A stretch of DNA of 64,000 nt. It comes from Thalia democratica (lineage: Eukaryota). Positions 50,230 to 63,545 of the stretch are shown one piece after another; the first letter of the stretch is position 1, and each line of letters opens with the position of its first letter. A program made the translations under genes and the position numbers. The stretch spans positions 73,408,001-73,472,000 of the forward strand of contig OZ241829.1 of assembly GCA_965202585.1 (NCBI GenBank), read 5' to 3'. Under the pieces are notes generated by a model, which did not search any database, was not told the origin of the DNA, and saw nothing but the letters and a program-made list of their open reading frames with translations.

Positions 50230-50290
50230 AAAACTGACATATGACGTCATTAGCCATTATGACGTCACTCCTTCAAAGAGAATTGTGAAC
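50230..50290 (-). promoter_or_regulatory. R module
   Basis: TGACGTCA at 50242 and 50260, then CCTTCAAAGAG. Confidence 0.6.
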
Positions 50291-51120
50291 ACAAAGTAGT
50301 AATAAGCTTTTTGTTTGCGCTTAAGTGAACTACATGGTAACTCACAAAATTGTTACGACCTGAACTATTGAAATTCAAACATAAACATTAATGAATATGA
50401 GTATCTAAAATATCAATGTAAAGAATATAAACGAAAACAGACAAAACTAAATAAACAAAAATATTACTAATGAAATTAAAACTTGAATAAGTCTCTAAAA
50501 AAAATCCGTGACGTGTAAAAAATACTAGAGAGAGTACCTAGTTATGAGAAACTCAAATATAAATATAATTGAGTTTGTATTGAAATACAAAAAATATTGA
50601 AAAAAAATTGAGATAAGTACTATTCAAAAGTTTAAAATACCATTTTAAAAATAAACTTAGACTAATATAACAGTTGTAAATTTCATCAGAAAACACTCAA
50701 TTTAATTAATTAGTAGTTCAACTGAAATTACCATACGTACAAAGATAAAAGTAAAATAAACAATAAGTAAAATTAGATAAGCGACAAACTAGACAAAATT
50801 ATTTTTTAGTTTTATTTTGTTAAGCACTTAATGTTTACCATCTAAGCGTTTCAGAATTTTTTTTATACAAACATTTAGGCCTACTTTATACAAGCAACAG
50901 TGTGTTTATAAATATAATCTTTATAAGTTGTTATAAGTCTTGTTTGTCGCTTATTGTATTTTACTTATTGTTTGTTTTAATATTAATTTTCTACGGAGGT
51001 TATCTTAATAAAATTACTAATTAAGTTATAGTTATGTAATTATATACAATTAGTCTATCTCTTGTTAATTTTTCTTAATGTCTAATTTTATTAGTTGAGT
51101 GTTTTCTGATAAAGCTTATA

Positions 51121-51898
51121 CAGTAACCTCTCGGATCTTTACGCACTCGTGACGTTACGCACTCTCGTTTAGTTACGCATATCAGAATTCTATAAAAATC
51201 AGAAAATAAAAATTTTCATTTTTTTTAATATTGCACAAACTAGCTTTAATGTATATTTTTGAATAAAAATATGTTTTTGAATGCTAACACACCTCTCTAT
51301 ATCTTTAGACTTTTTAAATTTGTGTTCCTTGACTAATTGATAAACATTTAGTTATACCTCAGTATATCAGAAATTTTGTTAACAATAAAAGATTAAATCA
51401 AAATTCTGAAATAAACATGACTGTGTTTAATAATAAAAGTATTATGAAATAATGAGAGTTTAAAACACAAAGAAATGATACAGCAGTCTTGCCCTATATA
51501 TTAATAAACACCATTTTATAATTGTAAAGAAATGCTTAATTATAAATTGAATTTGCTAAGTAAAAAAGAATATAAATGTATTTATAAATAAAGATAAAGA
51601 TAATTTCTACTTATTATTAAAATAGTAAAATTATTTCTACTCCTATTATTATTTTATAGAAAATCAAATCCTTTTTTTTAATATATATATAGTTTTATCT
51701 GTTGTTTTCATATTTATAAATTAAGTAAACAAATTGTTAAAAATGGGAAAGTCCCCAGTCTGCTTTTAGCTAAAAGCATTATTAAAAAACAGCCATTATA
51801 GTGAGTATATTTGGTACCTCTCGTTTCTTTACGATCTCTCATATCTTTACGCACTTTTTCTGGGGACACAATGTGCGTAAATAAGCGAGAGGTTACTG
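51121..51898. mobile_element. Tc1/mariner-type (pogo-like) non-autonomous element
   Basis: 13-bp perfect TIR CAGTAACCTCTCG, extending with mismatches to TTTACGCAC; TA TSD; empty site in paralogs at 22045, 33210 and 62865. Confidence 0.85.
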
Positions 51899-52472
51899 TA
51901 ACTGTTTACTTACTCAAAGTTTATTTTTAAAAATAGTTGCTAACAAAATTAGTTGTAATGGTTTGCTGAAATGTATTTTACTTGTTTGTTCAATAATTTT
52001 TTTTATATTGAACCTTGTTTTAAGTTTTTGTTTAATACATGTAGTACTATAAAATTATTTGGCAAAAAATAATTTAAAGTAAAATTTAAATGAAACTGAA
52101 ATTCAATTTAGATAACAATTTGATTATTATTAGTGAGAGCGCTCCTTATTTTATTTGTATAAACTTAAGTTTAGAAAATCCTGCCTTATTAAATAATGTT
52201 TTGCATCGACTGACAACTAGATGCAAAAAGTAGTGCGCATAGTAGTTTTTTGAAAAACTATAGGAGGGACGATTGTTGTTTAAATTTTATAAATGTGATT
52301 GTTACCTAATTTGGCTTTAGAAGTCTTGATAAAGATCAAAGCTACACAAATGTACTTAACTTCATTTGTTTAAGATCATTTAGGACAAAACATCTTAAGT
52401 AGTAATTCTCAGTGAGCTTAACAAATGAGATATGTTAGCTTACGCAAAGGTTTTATAAATTTCAAAACTTAC

Positions 52473-52563
52473 TTGGAGTGTTTGCATCATCAACGGCATC
52501 CTTCACCATTGATGTCAGCTTGAGAGATTGTTGATTCCTTCCACAAAAACAAGCTGCCAACCT
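52473..52563 (-). other. Candidate non-coding exon (S1), 91 nt
   Basis: TTTAACAG acceptor, GTAAGT donor. Confidence 0.6.
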
Positions 52564-53359
52564 CTGTTAAATTGTTGAAAAATTAACATTTGAAATATTT
52601 ATTTTAATATAGGTGATAACTTTTCCTTTAGTTTAATAATTACGAAGTATCTACCACTAATGTATAACTATTTCAGCTTAATAAATAAATTTAAAACTAG
52701 AGATTTTCTTTTAATTAATATGCAGTACATTTCAAAACCACACACGTCACCACTACTTACAACATACAAATGTAATCTAAGAACATCTTGCTTAAAACCT
52801 TCAGTTGTTTTTGAAAGGTATTTTAATTTAACAGTACGTGACACAAAATATTTTTTATAATTCTGAATTAATAATCGTAGATTTATTTTAACAATATGTG
52901 TAAGTCTAATAAAGTAGAGGTAATTTAAAAAACTCTATAATGCTAAAAATGAAACTTAATACTTTCATTGTATGATATAATTAACGATTGAATGGTAATT
53001 AAGTACTACTTTAATTTTAGTTTGACTAAGCAGCTGCAGTAAAACATGTAATATTTTGAATAAAAAACCTATTTCTACATATTTATTTAGCTACTTTACA
53101 ATATTTGTAAAAACATCGTGTTTAAAAGTATAAATGAAATATTAACTATTAATGTAAAAATTCTAATTACAATGACTAGATTGCAAAATATTTCCGTGTT
53201 GCATTAACAGATTATTATAAAAATATTTTTTCAATTGTTGTAGTTAAACAAATAATGCAGATAAAACATCGAGAAACTTGTCTGACGATACTAAAACATT
53301 TATCCCGTTATTTTTCTACAGTTTTGAATTAAAAGCAAACTAAAAAATCTCAAGAAATA

Positions 53360-53755
53360 CTTTTTTTAAAGCCGCGCGTAAAAAAGATGGCGACAATACT
53401 TGAGCGCAAAAAGTTTGCGATTTTTTAACTTAAAACTGCTGCTTCACAAAACTTAAGTAACGTCACAAAACTTCAGCTGAAAAAAAAAATTGTTACGTCA
53501 CAAGCGGCTTTTACCTCAAGAACCGAAGCGTTTTAGTTTCACATAAAGCATGTTGGGCCGCGCTCGGCAGGCCTAAAAATATTTGGAATTAGATAAACCA
53601 GCAATGAGATAATTGTGTGTGTTGACACTTTGAATGTTACTCATACTGTGAAGGCGTTCAATCGTTGGTGACGTCACTAAAAAGTCAATCTGATATATGA
53701 CGCAAGAAAAAAATGTGAGAGAGTTTTTTACGCTGCCTCGGTCTACCTGCTGTTC
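53360..53755. promoter_or_regulatory. X module (X3)
   Basis: GCCGCGCG, AAGATGGCG at 53384, TGACGTCA at 53669. Confidence 0.7.
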
Positions 53756-54236
53756 GGCAATTTTAATTTTTTATATGATTAAAAGATAATAATAAACATA
53801 GCAATTAAGATGAAAATGAATATGTAGTCAAGATAAAATAAATAAAACTATTAATGGTACTAAATTTGAATCCGTACGCAGGCTAATATAAAAAATACAA
53901 AAATTAAGTTTAAGTATAATTTTTGGCTAATAAAAATATTTATCAAAAGCAATTTTAAGTATGTATTTTGGCTAATAAAAACAAATATAACTATAATCGT
54001 TAAACTTGAATAACAGAAGTGTGAGATAGATTTATGTGACGCAGATAGCAAAACGAGTGAAATTATATAAATTTAATCCTCAATGGATCAACCATACTAC
54101 AATATATTACACTGGACGAGCCGACGACGGTAACTATTACGTTGTCGGTGTGTAGGAATCAAAAAATATATATATAATCGGATTACCATCCTCCTCACAG
54201 CGAGGAATACCTTCCCTTCCCCGATGGCTGTCATAA

Positions 54237-54476
54237 ATGGATGTCAGAAAAGCATGGGTCGTCACAGAGTGACACTTTAGCACGTAGTGACACTCTGGCA
54301 CGAAGTGACACTTTATCGCGGAGTGACACTTTGGCACGGATAGACCATTTACCAAGGGTCGTCATTTAAGAACGAAGCAACACTAAATCACGAAGTGACA
54401 CTTTAACACGGAGTGGCACTCTGGCACGGTGTGAAACTTTGGCTCAAATTGACATTTTAGCTCGGTTTCACTCCAT
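54237..54476. mobile_element. GTGACACTTT-repeat element
   Basis: Paralog of 24459-24698. Confidence 0.6.
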
Positions 54477-55704
54477 TTTAACACTTATATCGTTTAAAAA
54501 ACGATTATGTTCAATTTGACAAAAACATACCGAATGCTTATGTAATAATAAAAAATTGATTAGTATCTCAAAACAAAAGAAACTCAATATTAAAATAATA
54601 TTTTGTGTAAAAGTGTCACAATTTTAAACTAAGGAATCGAAGTATATATATAAACAATATTTCAAACAATTTGACTTAGAAACTTTTAAAGCACATAAGG
54701 GACAACGATAAGGTATGCTTTTGAACCGAAACTTAAATTACAAAATTATTAGTTGTGTTACACCTAAATTGAGCCATATAAATATCATGTTTATGTTCAA
54801 GTAATTTCAAATACTATCTTAATAATACTTAGTTACTACAAAAATAATACTACAATAAATGTGTTTTTTCTGAATCGAAATTTATTGATGTACCACCTAT
54901 TGTATGTAAACTAAGTATATAAAAAAAAGCGGTGTAAGTAGAAAATATTACTATAAATCTAAATCAATAGTAAGCAAAAATAACTTATGAGTGCAAAATA
55001 AATTTTAATGAAATAACTTATGTACAATGACAATAAATTAACTAACCAGATGGTTCATGCTAATGTTCCATTTTCATAGTTTCTGACCACAAAAGACGTA
55101 GTTGATTTTTTTTTGTTGACCCGTCAACTTGACTGTTGGAATAAAATTAGTTGATTAATTTTAAATTTATATAAGCTTTTTTATTGACATTTTAGAACTT
55201 ATAGAACTACATTATGATTGTGGATCGTAAGCTGGTTGTTTGCTCCAACGGTTAAAATTAGAAGTTAACAAACGAAATTATTTTTTCAGACTTTTTGTTA
55301 ATAGTAGTAGTACAGATAACTTAAAATAATCCATTTTTAATAACAAAAATTTTGTTTTAAATTTTAAACAGAAAAAAGTTTGGAATGTTTATTTATTGAT
55401 ATCAGCTAGCACAACGACAAAGTAAAGTTGCTTAATACCAAAACAAAATATCACATAAATTTTACATCTGTATAATAATTTATGAATGTTTAGTTAAAAA
55501 TAATTACGTCATAAAGAGTCAAGTGTAAAAGGTGGTATAAAATTTAAATTAGAATTAAATAAATTAATTAATTAAGGCAAAATTGATTGTAGTGTCACAT
55601 TTAAACGTTTAATCGGACTTGCGAGTATTTATGACATCACGACAGAACTTTAAATCAGAGTTGGGAGAATTAGTGACATCATGTCAGAACCTTTAAACAG
55701 GAAA

Positions 55705-56134
55705 ATGGGTCAAATATGTACAAAGACAAAATTGAACCAGTTACTAAATTGCACGAGAGAAAAAATTGCTAGAGGGCACAAAATTGCATGGAAATTCTTT
55801 TGCACGAAGACAAGTTTGCACGAGGGGACAAAGTTGCACGAAGACAATTTTGAACCAAGGGTCAATTTTGCAGGAGAGTCATTTTGCGAGAGAGTTAAAC
55901 TGATATCAAAAAAAATAAAACTGAAAGATAAATTAATAAAAAAAATTCAAGAAAAAAGGGTTATGGGTAACAGTGATAGTAAAATAGAATAAAACTAACA
56001 AAATACTTATTAAAAAAGTTCAACCCGTGCAAAATTGTTTTTGTGCAAAAGTATCTTCGTGTATTTTTGTGCCCTAATACAAGTTTTTCTCCTCGTGCAA
56101 TTTCGTTAGCTCGTACAAAATTGACAGATACCAT
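55705..56134. mobile_element. CGTGCAAAA-family element
   Basis: ATGGGTCAAATATG...TTGACAGATACCAT. Confidence 0.65.
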
Positions 56135-56164
56135 TCAAACAGACTTAAAAGTAATTTTAACATA

Positions 56165-56270
56165 ACATTGGAACCTCAAATAGGCTTGTGAGCAAGTGTG
56201 ACGTCACATTAGAACCTTCAAAATGAGTGATTATGACGTCACAACAGAATTTTTAATCAGGCTTGTGAGT
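56165..56270. promoter_or_regulatory. Tandem R modules
   Basis: TGACGTCA at 56199 and 56234 with GAACCTTCAAA. Confidence 0.55.
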
Positions 56271-57119
56271 AATTCAACTCACAAAATTGGTACGACCTGA
56301 AGTAATGACATTCAAAAAAATCATCAATGAATATGAACATTGAACATAGATAATATAAACATAAATAACATGAATACAAAAAACATGCATGGTATCAAAA
56401 TATGAATAAGCGTGCTCATAGAAAAATGAATCCCTGCTAGAACTGCAACCACTGAGGAGAAACAAAGTCAGTATTATCTTGTTGCATTATTTAGTTGCAA
56501 AATGGAATTCATAAGATTCACAATCAAAGCTTTCTAACGAGTTCTCGATTCAATGATTATAAAAGACAAAGAAATGAGTTGAGATAACTGTTTCAAGCAA
56601 GCTTATGTTTAAAATCTCTGTATTTGAAAAATTTAAGAAAAAAAATCTTCTTTTTTTTGTTTGCAAATGCTGCTTGCTTACTAATGTTACAATTTTAGAC
56701 TTAGACAAGTAGTTGATTCAAAATATAAAAAGGATTATTTTAAAATAGAAGAAAATTTGTTGTTGTTAATATTATTATTGTTGTTTTTTTTCTTGACCGA
56801 TGAATAAATTTTACAGTTCTTATCTTTATATTTTCATCTATAAAATTCAAGTACATTTTTATATACGACGTTCAGTTAATTTTCGTTTAGTTTACTTTTC
56901 TTTCATTTCGCTTAATTAATTGTTTTATTACTAAAGAATTAAATTTTTAAATGAAGACAAAATTATGTGTAGTAGCTCGTAGAAATATTTATAACCATGT
57001 GGTATACGACTAGATAACCGAAATATTCTTTCGTACACCAGGTCCTTAGAACAAACATTTTGAGCGCTTATCTTTATCGTTTAATAAACAATATAGTTAT
57101 ATTTTTGGACAAATATCAA

Positions 57120-57430
57120 AGGTGGACAACTAAAAGTCATAATCACGTACAAGTCTGTTTAAAGTTTATAGTGTGACGTCACAATTACTCACAAGTCTGC
57201 TTGAAGGTTTTTGTGCTTGAATAAAAGGACTTATAAAGGTATGTGCACATTATACTTAGCTAGACTATTTAAAACGATTCCTTAAAAAAACAAATAATTA
57301 TGCTTTATCACTCCATGAGGAACTTGTTTTTTCACAAGCTTAAAAGAAGCAAACTTGAACTAGACTGTTAGAGTGAGTTACATAAAATAGACCGCAGTAC
57401 TCTACAAGCTGTTGTAATAACAGGAGGAAT
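57120..57430. promoter_or_regulatory. X module (X5)
   Basis: Paralog of 27300; TGACGTCA at 57174. Confidence 0.4.
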
Positions 57431-58422
57431 TTGTAAAACAAAAATACAAAAATAGTATATTAATATATCTAGTATGAAAGGATCTACTCTTTTTTTTTAC
57501 TTTACTAAATATCAGGACCTGAATTTCATCTTAATTTTTTTAACTTTGATATATGCATGCATTAATTTTAGAGTGTTTTACTAACTCACTGTTTGGATAT
57601 TGCTAATAAAAATTTTTATTATCTCGGCTTACTAATTACATAACAAACTATGCTAACAGTTTTCTAGATTTAATTATATAAAATATCATTCGAAATAAAT
57701 AAAAATTAGTAAACAAAAGTGTTATAACTTTCTTAATCGGTTTTTAAAAAATAACATAAAAACATAAATAAACACTTTTCAAAAGACAACGACTTTAGTA
57801 TAGATTCAGGACTCAAAATATTAGTAAGTAAAGTATTATATCAGTAAGCCTTTTGGCGATGAGCTGCAAAAGGGCCAAAGGGGCTACAAGGAAGTGCTTA
57901 GACACGCTTACGAAAATTTTTAAACTAGAAATATTAAGAACAAAAAAAAGTTTAAAGCTTTCAAACTAACAGTGGATATTTTTAGGCTCGAAATGAGTGG
58001 AAGCAGTATTTATTTAGTTTTTAAAAAGGGGATTTAGAAAACGAGTTTGGGAAGTTTTACCCTACAAAAATATTGTTAACATAGTTTAGTTAGGCGCAGT
58101 GCTAGTTAGTGTACACAACAGTGTGCACTAATTCACAATTGAGTGCATTATTTCCGCATATTAGACTATTTATAATCTCAGAGGATGAGAGGTGATTGCT
58201 TTTTTAAGTTCTTAAAAGAGAGCGTTTTGAAAAACAAAGTGAAATTCTTATACAGTTCAGATGAGTACAACTTTTGTAATCTTTATTATTTAACTTAAAT
58301 TGAGGGTAAAACTTCATAAGTAGTAGTTTTTAATGTACTTACCTAATCAAAGACAAAGTCATGCAACAAAAAATTTAGTTGTAATAACTTATAAAGTACT
58401 TATTATAGATATGAAAATTTAC

Positions 58423-58525
58423 TTGTAGTGCCTTGGTTTCCCTTCCACTTAATTGCGTTTCTCAGCACTGATGTTAAAGGGTTGTTGCTCGTTTTTCTTA
58501 CTTGAAAATACCAACCACCATCAAA
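58423..58525 (-). other. Candidate non-coding exon (S1 variant), 103 nt
   Basis: TTTTTTAACAG acceptor, GTAAAT donor. Confidence 0.45.
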
Positions 58526-59374
58526 CTGTTAAAAAAAAGAAAATTAGTTATGTATTTAAATTAAGATTTTAGCTCTAAGTTTGCTTCATAAATAGTGTAG
58601 CATTTTCGTTTATACTTATAGTCAAAGTTAAGTTTATTTATCTTTGTTAGACTACTAAAGATACTTTTCAGGTTTTTTTGAAACAAACACTAAAAAAATA
58701 CATTAAAGTATTGTAAAACCTTACTAAATAGTTAGTTTTCATTACTTAAAAAAGTTATACAAAAAAAGAGTGATAATTAAATTGCTATCACACGATCAAT
58801 TTGTAGTAAAAATAAATGGTTTAAGAAAACTCACTCAGAAGAGTAAGCTTTGTAAGAGTACCTGCTGTTAGTAGTTTATTTTTAAACGAAGAACACTTTT
58901 CGACTTTCCTTTTTTTATAATTTTCAACAATAATCTGAACAAATTAAATTGATTTTACTTTAAGCTGAATTTTTTTGAAATCTCAATAAATGTTCACATT
59001 CTAAAACTCTTAATTGTCGAAAACTTATGGAGATCGATTTGCTATCTTGAAGCTCAAATATTGTTGTTTTATGTAAAAGTGAAAAAACTCAAGTACTTAT
59101 TGAAAATATTTTTTTGCTTAAAAAACAAAAAACAAAACGGTTAATACAAATGTAGATAAACGTGTTAAATAATAACATTTGACTTTTTAAAAACGGTTTT
59201 GATTTAGAATTCAAAAAACATATGGACCTAAAAATGATGATTTTTTTTGCTAAGGTTATTATAGTTATTAATTTAAATCGCGTTTTTTGGTTAATATGCG
59301 TATTCAGTGAAAATGTTACTATATTTTCGTCAAAACAAAAAACATGCTGTCAGCACTGTGGTAGCTAAAATAAC

Positions 59375-59545
59375 AAAAAATTGCATGTTAACAGCATATA
59401 AAAGAAATTCGTGCAACAGAAAACTACATGTGACGTCATAATACATATTAAATGACGTCACAAGCTGACTTTAGGAGTCAAGGATTCCTAGACTTAAAGT
59501 TTTGAGAATATTATAGTCGTGTTAGAGACGAGTTTTGCAAATATA
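59375..59545. promoter_or_regulatory. X module (X2), truncated
   Basis: TGACGTCA at 59431 and 59453. Confidence 0.6.
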
Positions 59546-59781
59546 TACTGACAATATCTAATTTTTTTTGTTAAATTTCCTGACATTTCCTGACTTTTGT
59601 CATTTTTTTAAGTTTTTCCTGACTTTTCCTGATTTCCAGACTTTACCTGACCTTGTGCCCTGCTGTGGTAAATTGTCATAACTATTAGTTCTAAACTAAA
59701 CTAATTAACTAAAGACGAAATCATACAACAAAAAGTAATTTTTATAATTATCACAATTTGAATATAAGTATAAAAATATAC

Positions 59782-59886
59782 TTTAGTGTTCCATGGACTT
59801 AATTCCGAACTAAGATGTATTCTTGAGATAGATTGATGAAGTACTCGCTTCAGCGTGATGGATAGGTTGTTCTATACTCTGTCCAA
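59782..59886 (-). other. Candidate non-coding exon (S1 variant)
   Basis: TTTTAACAG acceptor; donor degenerated to GTATAT. Confidence 0.4.
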
Positions 59887-60104
59887 CTGTTAAAATATAA
59901 GTTTTACTTATTCTGTTTAATGTAGATTTGAGGTTTATATCTGTAGAATTTTGTCTGGTACAAAGAATAGTCTAGCATTTGAAGCTATAATCGTTTGTCA
60001 TTTTAGATTGTGATTATCACATTTAAAATCACTTTTTATTTTATCTTAAAAAATAGCTGGCTTAAAATATTCTAAAAAGTGATATATATATTTGTAAGCT
60101 CAGC

Positions 60105-60570
60105 TGAAGTCTGGAGACTAAAGTCAACCTTAAAAATATATATAACAACGTCAGTTACAATAAAGCAGTAATTAGCAAATAACTGTTATTATATTCGTAC
60201 AAGTTTATTTCGTTCGGACGTTTTCTGTCAAACATATTCACAAACTTAAAATAAAAGTTTATTGAACAAAAACGAAAATGCACAAAAAGTTTTAGTTTAA
60301 CTACCTGAGTGTACGAAAACCTTTCAGTCGTCGAGTCGTACACGACATAAAGTGTTTTGAACTGTTAACAAGTATTTATAGTCAAGCTAGATGACTTTAA
60401 AAATTCATCAGTTAGAAGTAATAAGAAGCAAGGTTAAAATGATATTACAACTTAGAAATATTTATTTATTAAAAGCACTATATTGTTGGAGTTAGTTAGT
60501 GACGTCATAATATACTACAACTGTTTTTATGATGAATAAGTTTGAGAGTTGCCTTTTTCTTTTCTTTTTT
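60105..60570. promoter_or_regulatory. X module (X4)
   Basis: AGTCAAGCTAGATGACT; TGACGTCA at 60500; TTTGAGAG-T run. Confidence 0.5.
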
Positions 60571-61969
60571 CACGGTTTTCAAATTTCAATACAATTTATA
60601 GTACTTTGAATCTTTCTTTACAGATTGGTTGTTACTATAGGTTGCAAATAAGTTACAATATCAATTAGTTTTTTTAAATGTTCAAACATAAATTGTACTT
60701 TTTACAGTGTTGTGCAGGTTGTTGTTTAAATCTTCACAGTTAGCTTGTTTTTGATAGCAAGGCATGTTTTAAATAGTATCCAATAAGGGTATGATTCAGC
60801 GCTTAAGTATAATTGACATACTTCGTTTAACCTTCAGAGAACATAAATAGATAAGGTCACGCAAGTAGACAAAATTTAGCAACTCTGCCTGTTAGGACCT
60901 TCACAAATGAATCAGCAGATTGTAAGTAGCTCTATCATTGTTTACAACAACGTATATAGTCAATCATTTAGTTAATCCAAAAATGCGGGTAGCGAATGTC
61001 GTCAATCAAGAGACGTGAACACCTAACTAACACGTAAAACTTTCAAATTTCCAATTAAAACTCGCAAGTTAACTCAAAATGTACATTATCCCCTTTTTCT
61101 ATTGAAATATTTCAATCTTTTTTTTAAACAATGAATACAATTATCCATATATTTATAGATTTGTTACAACGCTTTTAATCGATGATTAGGCCGAGGGTTA
61201 ACCGGGAGGTGGGGAAAGAAATGTGGACATAGAATCACTAAAAGTCAATTTTCGACTCGTGTTTTTAACTGATCCTTCTTTTTAAAAAGCAGATTTGTAT
61301 TTACTAATGGTTTATTTCATTTTGAAGAACTAATTTTATGAAGACAAAGGAAAACAAAGTGTTTATTTATATACACTTAATGTGAAACCTACAAATGTAT
61401 AGGATATAAATCCAATTTTTACGGTGTTCAGCAGAGTTTTGGATAAATAGATTCGTGTGGCGCAAATGACTTAACACGAGAAAAGAAGCGGGATGAGTGA
61501 AAATGACATAAAGCAGAACGTCGTAACTCTAAGGAGCAGGCTAGAAATCCGGTTGATCGTATTCAGAAACCAAAATTATTGCTATATAACTTTCATTCAA
61601 CACCGTTTGTCAACCGTGACACGTGTTTTATGAATACATCATTGTGTGGTAACAATCAAAAACTCTCTCCCGCTTCTTCGCAGTGAGTAAAGGTTAGGTG
61701 TAAAGTATTAAGAACTGCCCGACCAACAGACTACAACGGCATCAGAGTGAAAATAAATAAAAACATTAATTTAAATTTAGTGAATAGAAAGATTTTGGGC
61801 ATCAAAGTGAAAAATAAATATGCATAAACAGAAAGTTCGTAAATACGAAGAATTTCAACATGAAAATATAAACAAACCCTACAAACAAAGCACCACATAA
61901 TAAAAGAAGGGGGCACAAAGTCAACATAAGGTTGTTACATTAAGACTGTCAACACAGATACCTCAATAA

Positions 61970-62030
61970 AACTGACAGATGACGTCATTAGCCATTATGA
62001 CGTCACTCCTTCAAACAGAACTGTGAACAT
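61970..62030 (-). promoter_or_regulatory. R module
   Basis: TGACGTCA at 61980 and 61998, then CCTTCAAACAG. Confidence 0.6.
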
Positions 62031-63449
62031 TGTGTAAGAATAAGCTTTTTATTTGCGCTTAGGTGAACTACATGGTCACAAAATTGTTATGACCTGAGCT
62101 GTTGACATTCAAACATTAATGATTATGAGATCAAAAATATCAATGTAAAGAATATAAACGATATCAGACAAAACTACGTAAATAAAAACAATACTAATGA
62201 AATTTAAACTTGAATAATCTCTTAATAATAAGTCCGTGACGTGTGAAAGGGACATTAGGGAATACCTAGAGACGAGAAACTCAAAAAATATATACTAGAG
62301 TCTATATTGAAATGCAATAAATGTTAAACAAAACTTGAGACAAGGACTATTCAAAAGTTTGAAAAATAGTTTCAAAAATAAGTTTATATTATGTTAACAA
62401 TTATAGGTTTCATCAAAAAATACTCTAATTAATTAATAAGTAGTTCAACTAAAATTAGCATTCATGCAAAAATAAAAATAAACAAACAATAAAAGTAAAA
62501 TAAACAATAAGTAAAAGTAAATTGCAACAAATTAGACAAAAATATTTTTCAGATTTAATTTTTTTAAAACTTAATAGTTATAATCTAAGCGTTTCAGATT
62601 CTTTTTTTGTACAAAAATTTAGGTTTTATTTATACAAACAACAGTGTGTTTATAAATATAATCTTTATAAGTTGTTATAAGTCTTGTTTGTCGCTTATTC
62701 TATTTTACTTATTGTGTTTTTTTTACTATTAGTTTTCTACGGAGGCTTATCTTCGTTGAATAACCAATTAAATTATAGTTATGTAATTATATACAATTAG
62801 TTTATCTCTAGTTAGTTTTTCCTGATGTCTTATTTTATTAGTTGAGTATTTTTTGATCAAACATATAACTGTTTAATTACTCAAAGTTTATTTTTAAAGT
62901 TAGTTGCTAAAAAAAGTAATTTTAATGGTTCGCTGAAAGGTATTTTACTTGTTTGCTCAATAATATTTTTTTTAATTAATCTTGTTTTAAGTTTTTTTTT
63001 TATATCTGTAGTACTATAAAGTATATGACAAAAAAATGAAAGTACAATTTAAAGGAAATTTGAAACTCAATATAGATAACAATTTGATTATAATTAGTGA
63101 GAGCGTTTTTTTTTAGTTTGTAAAAAAGCTTGTTTATGAAGTTAAGTTTAGGAAACCCTGCCCTGTTGAACAATATTCTGCATCGAATGACAATTAAATG
63201 CAAAAAGTAGGACGCATAGTAGTTTTTGAAAAACTATAGGGGGGACGATTGCTGTTCAACTTTCTTAGAAGTGGTTGTTACGAAATTAGACCTTGGAAGT
63301 CCTGATAAAGATAAAAGCTACACAAATGTACTTAACTTCATTTGAATAATATCATTTAGGATAAAACATCTTGAGTAGTAATTCTCAGTAAGCTAAATTA
63401 ATGAAATATATTAGCTTACACAGCATGTTTTACAAATATGAAAGCTCAC

Positions 63450-63545
63450 TTGGAGTGTTTGCTTTGTTCCGTCAACTGCATCCTCCAACATTGATGTCAG
63501 CTTGAGAGATTGTTGATTCCTTCCACAAAAACAAGCTGCCATCCT
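63450..63545 (-). other. Candidate non-coding exon (S1), 96 nt
   Basis: TTTAACAG acceptor, GTGAGC donor. Confidence 0.6.

Noticed and set aside
230-63203. ORF-track entries of 60-134 aa
   Set aside because: They fall in MITEs, T-rich or A-rich tracts, or paralogous blocks with frame-breaking indels, and many start at TTG/GTG. None resembles a known family; only the MKVAT exon is retained, at low confidence.
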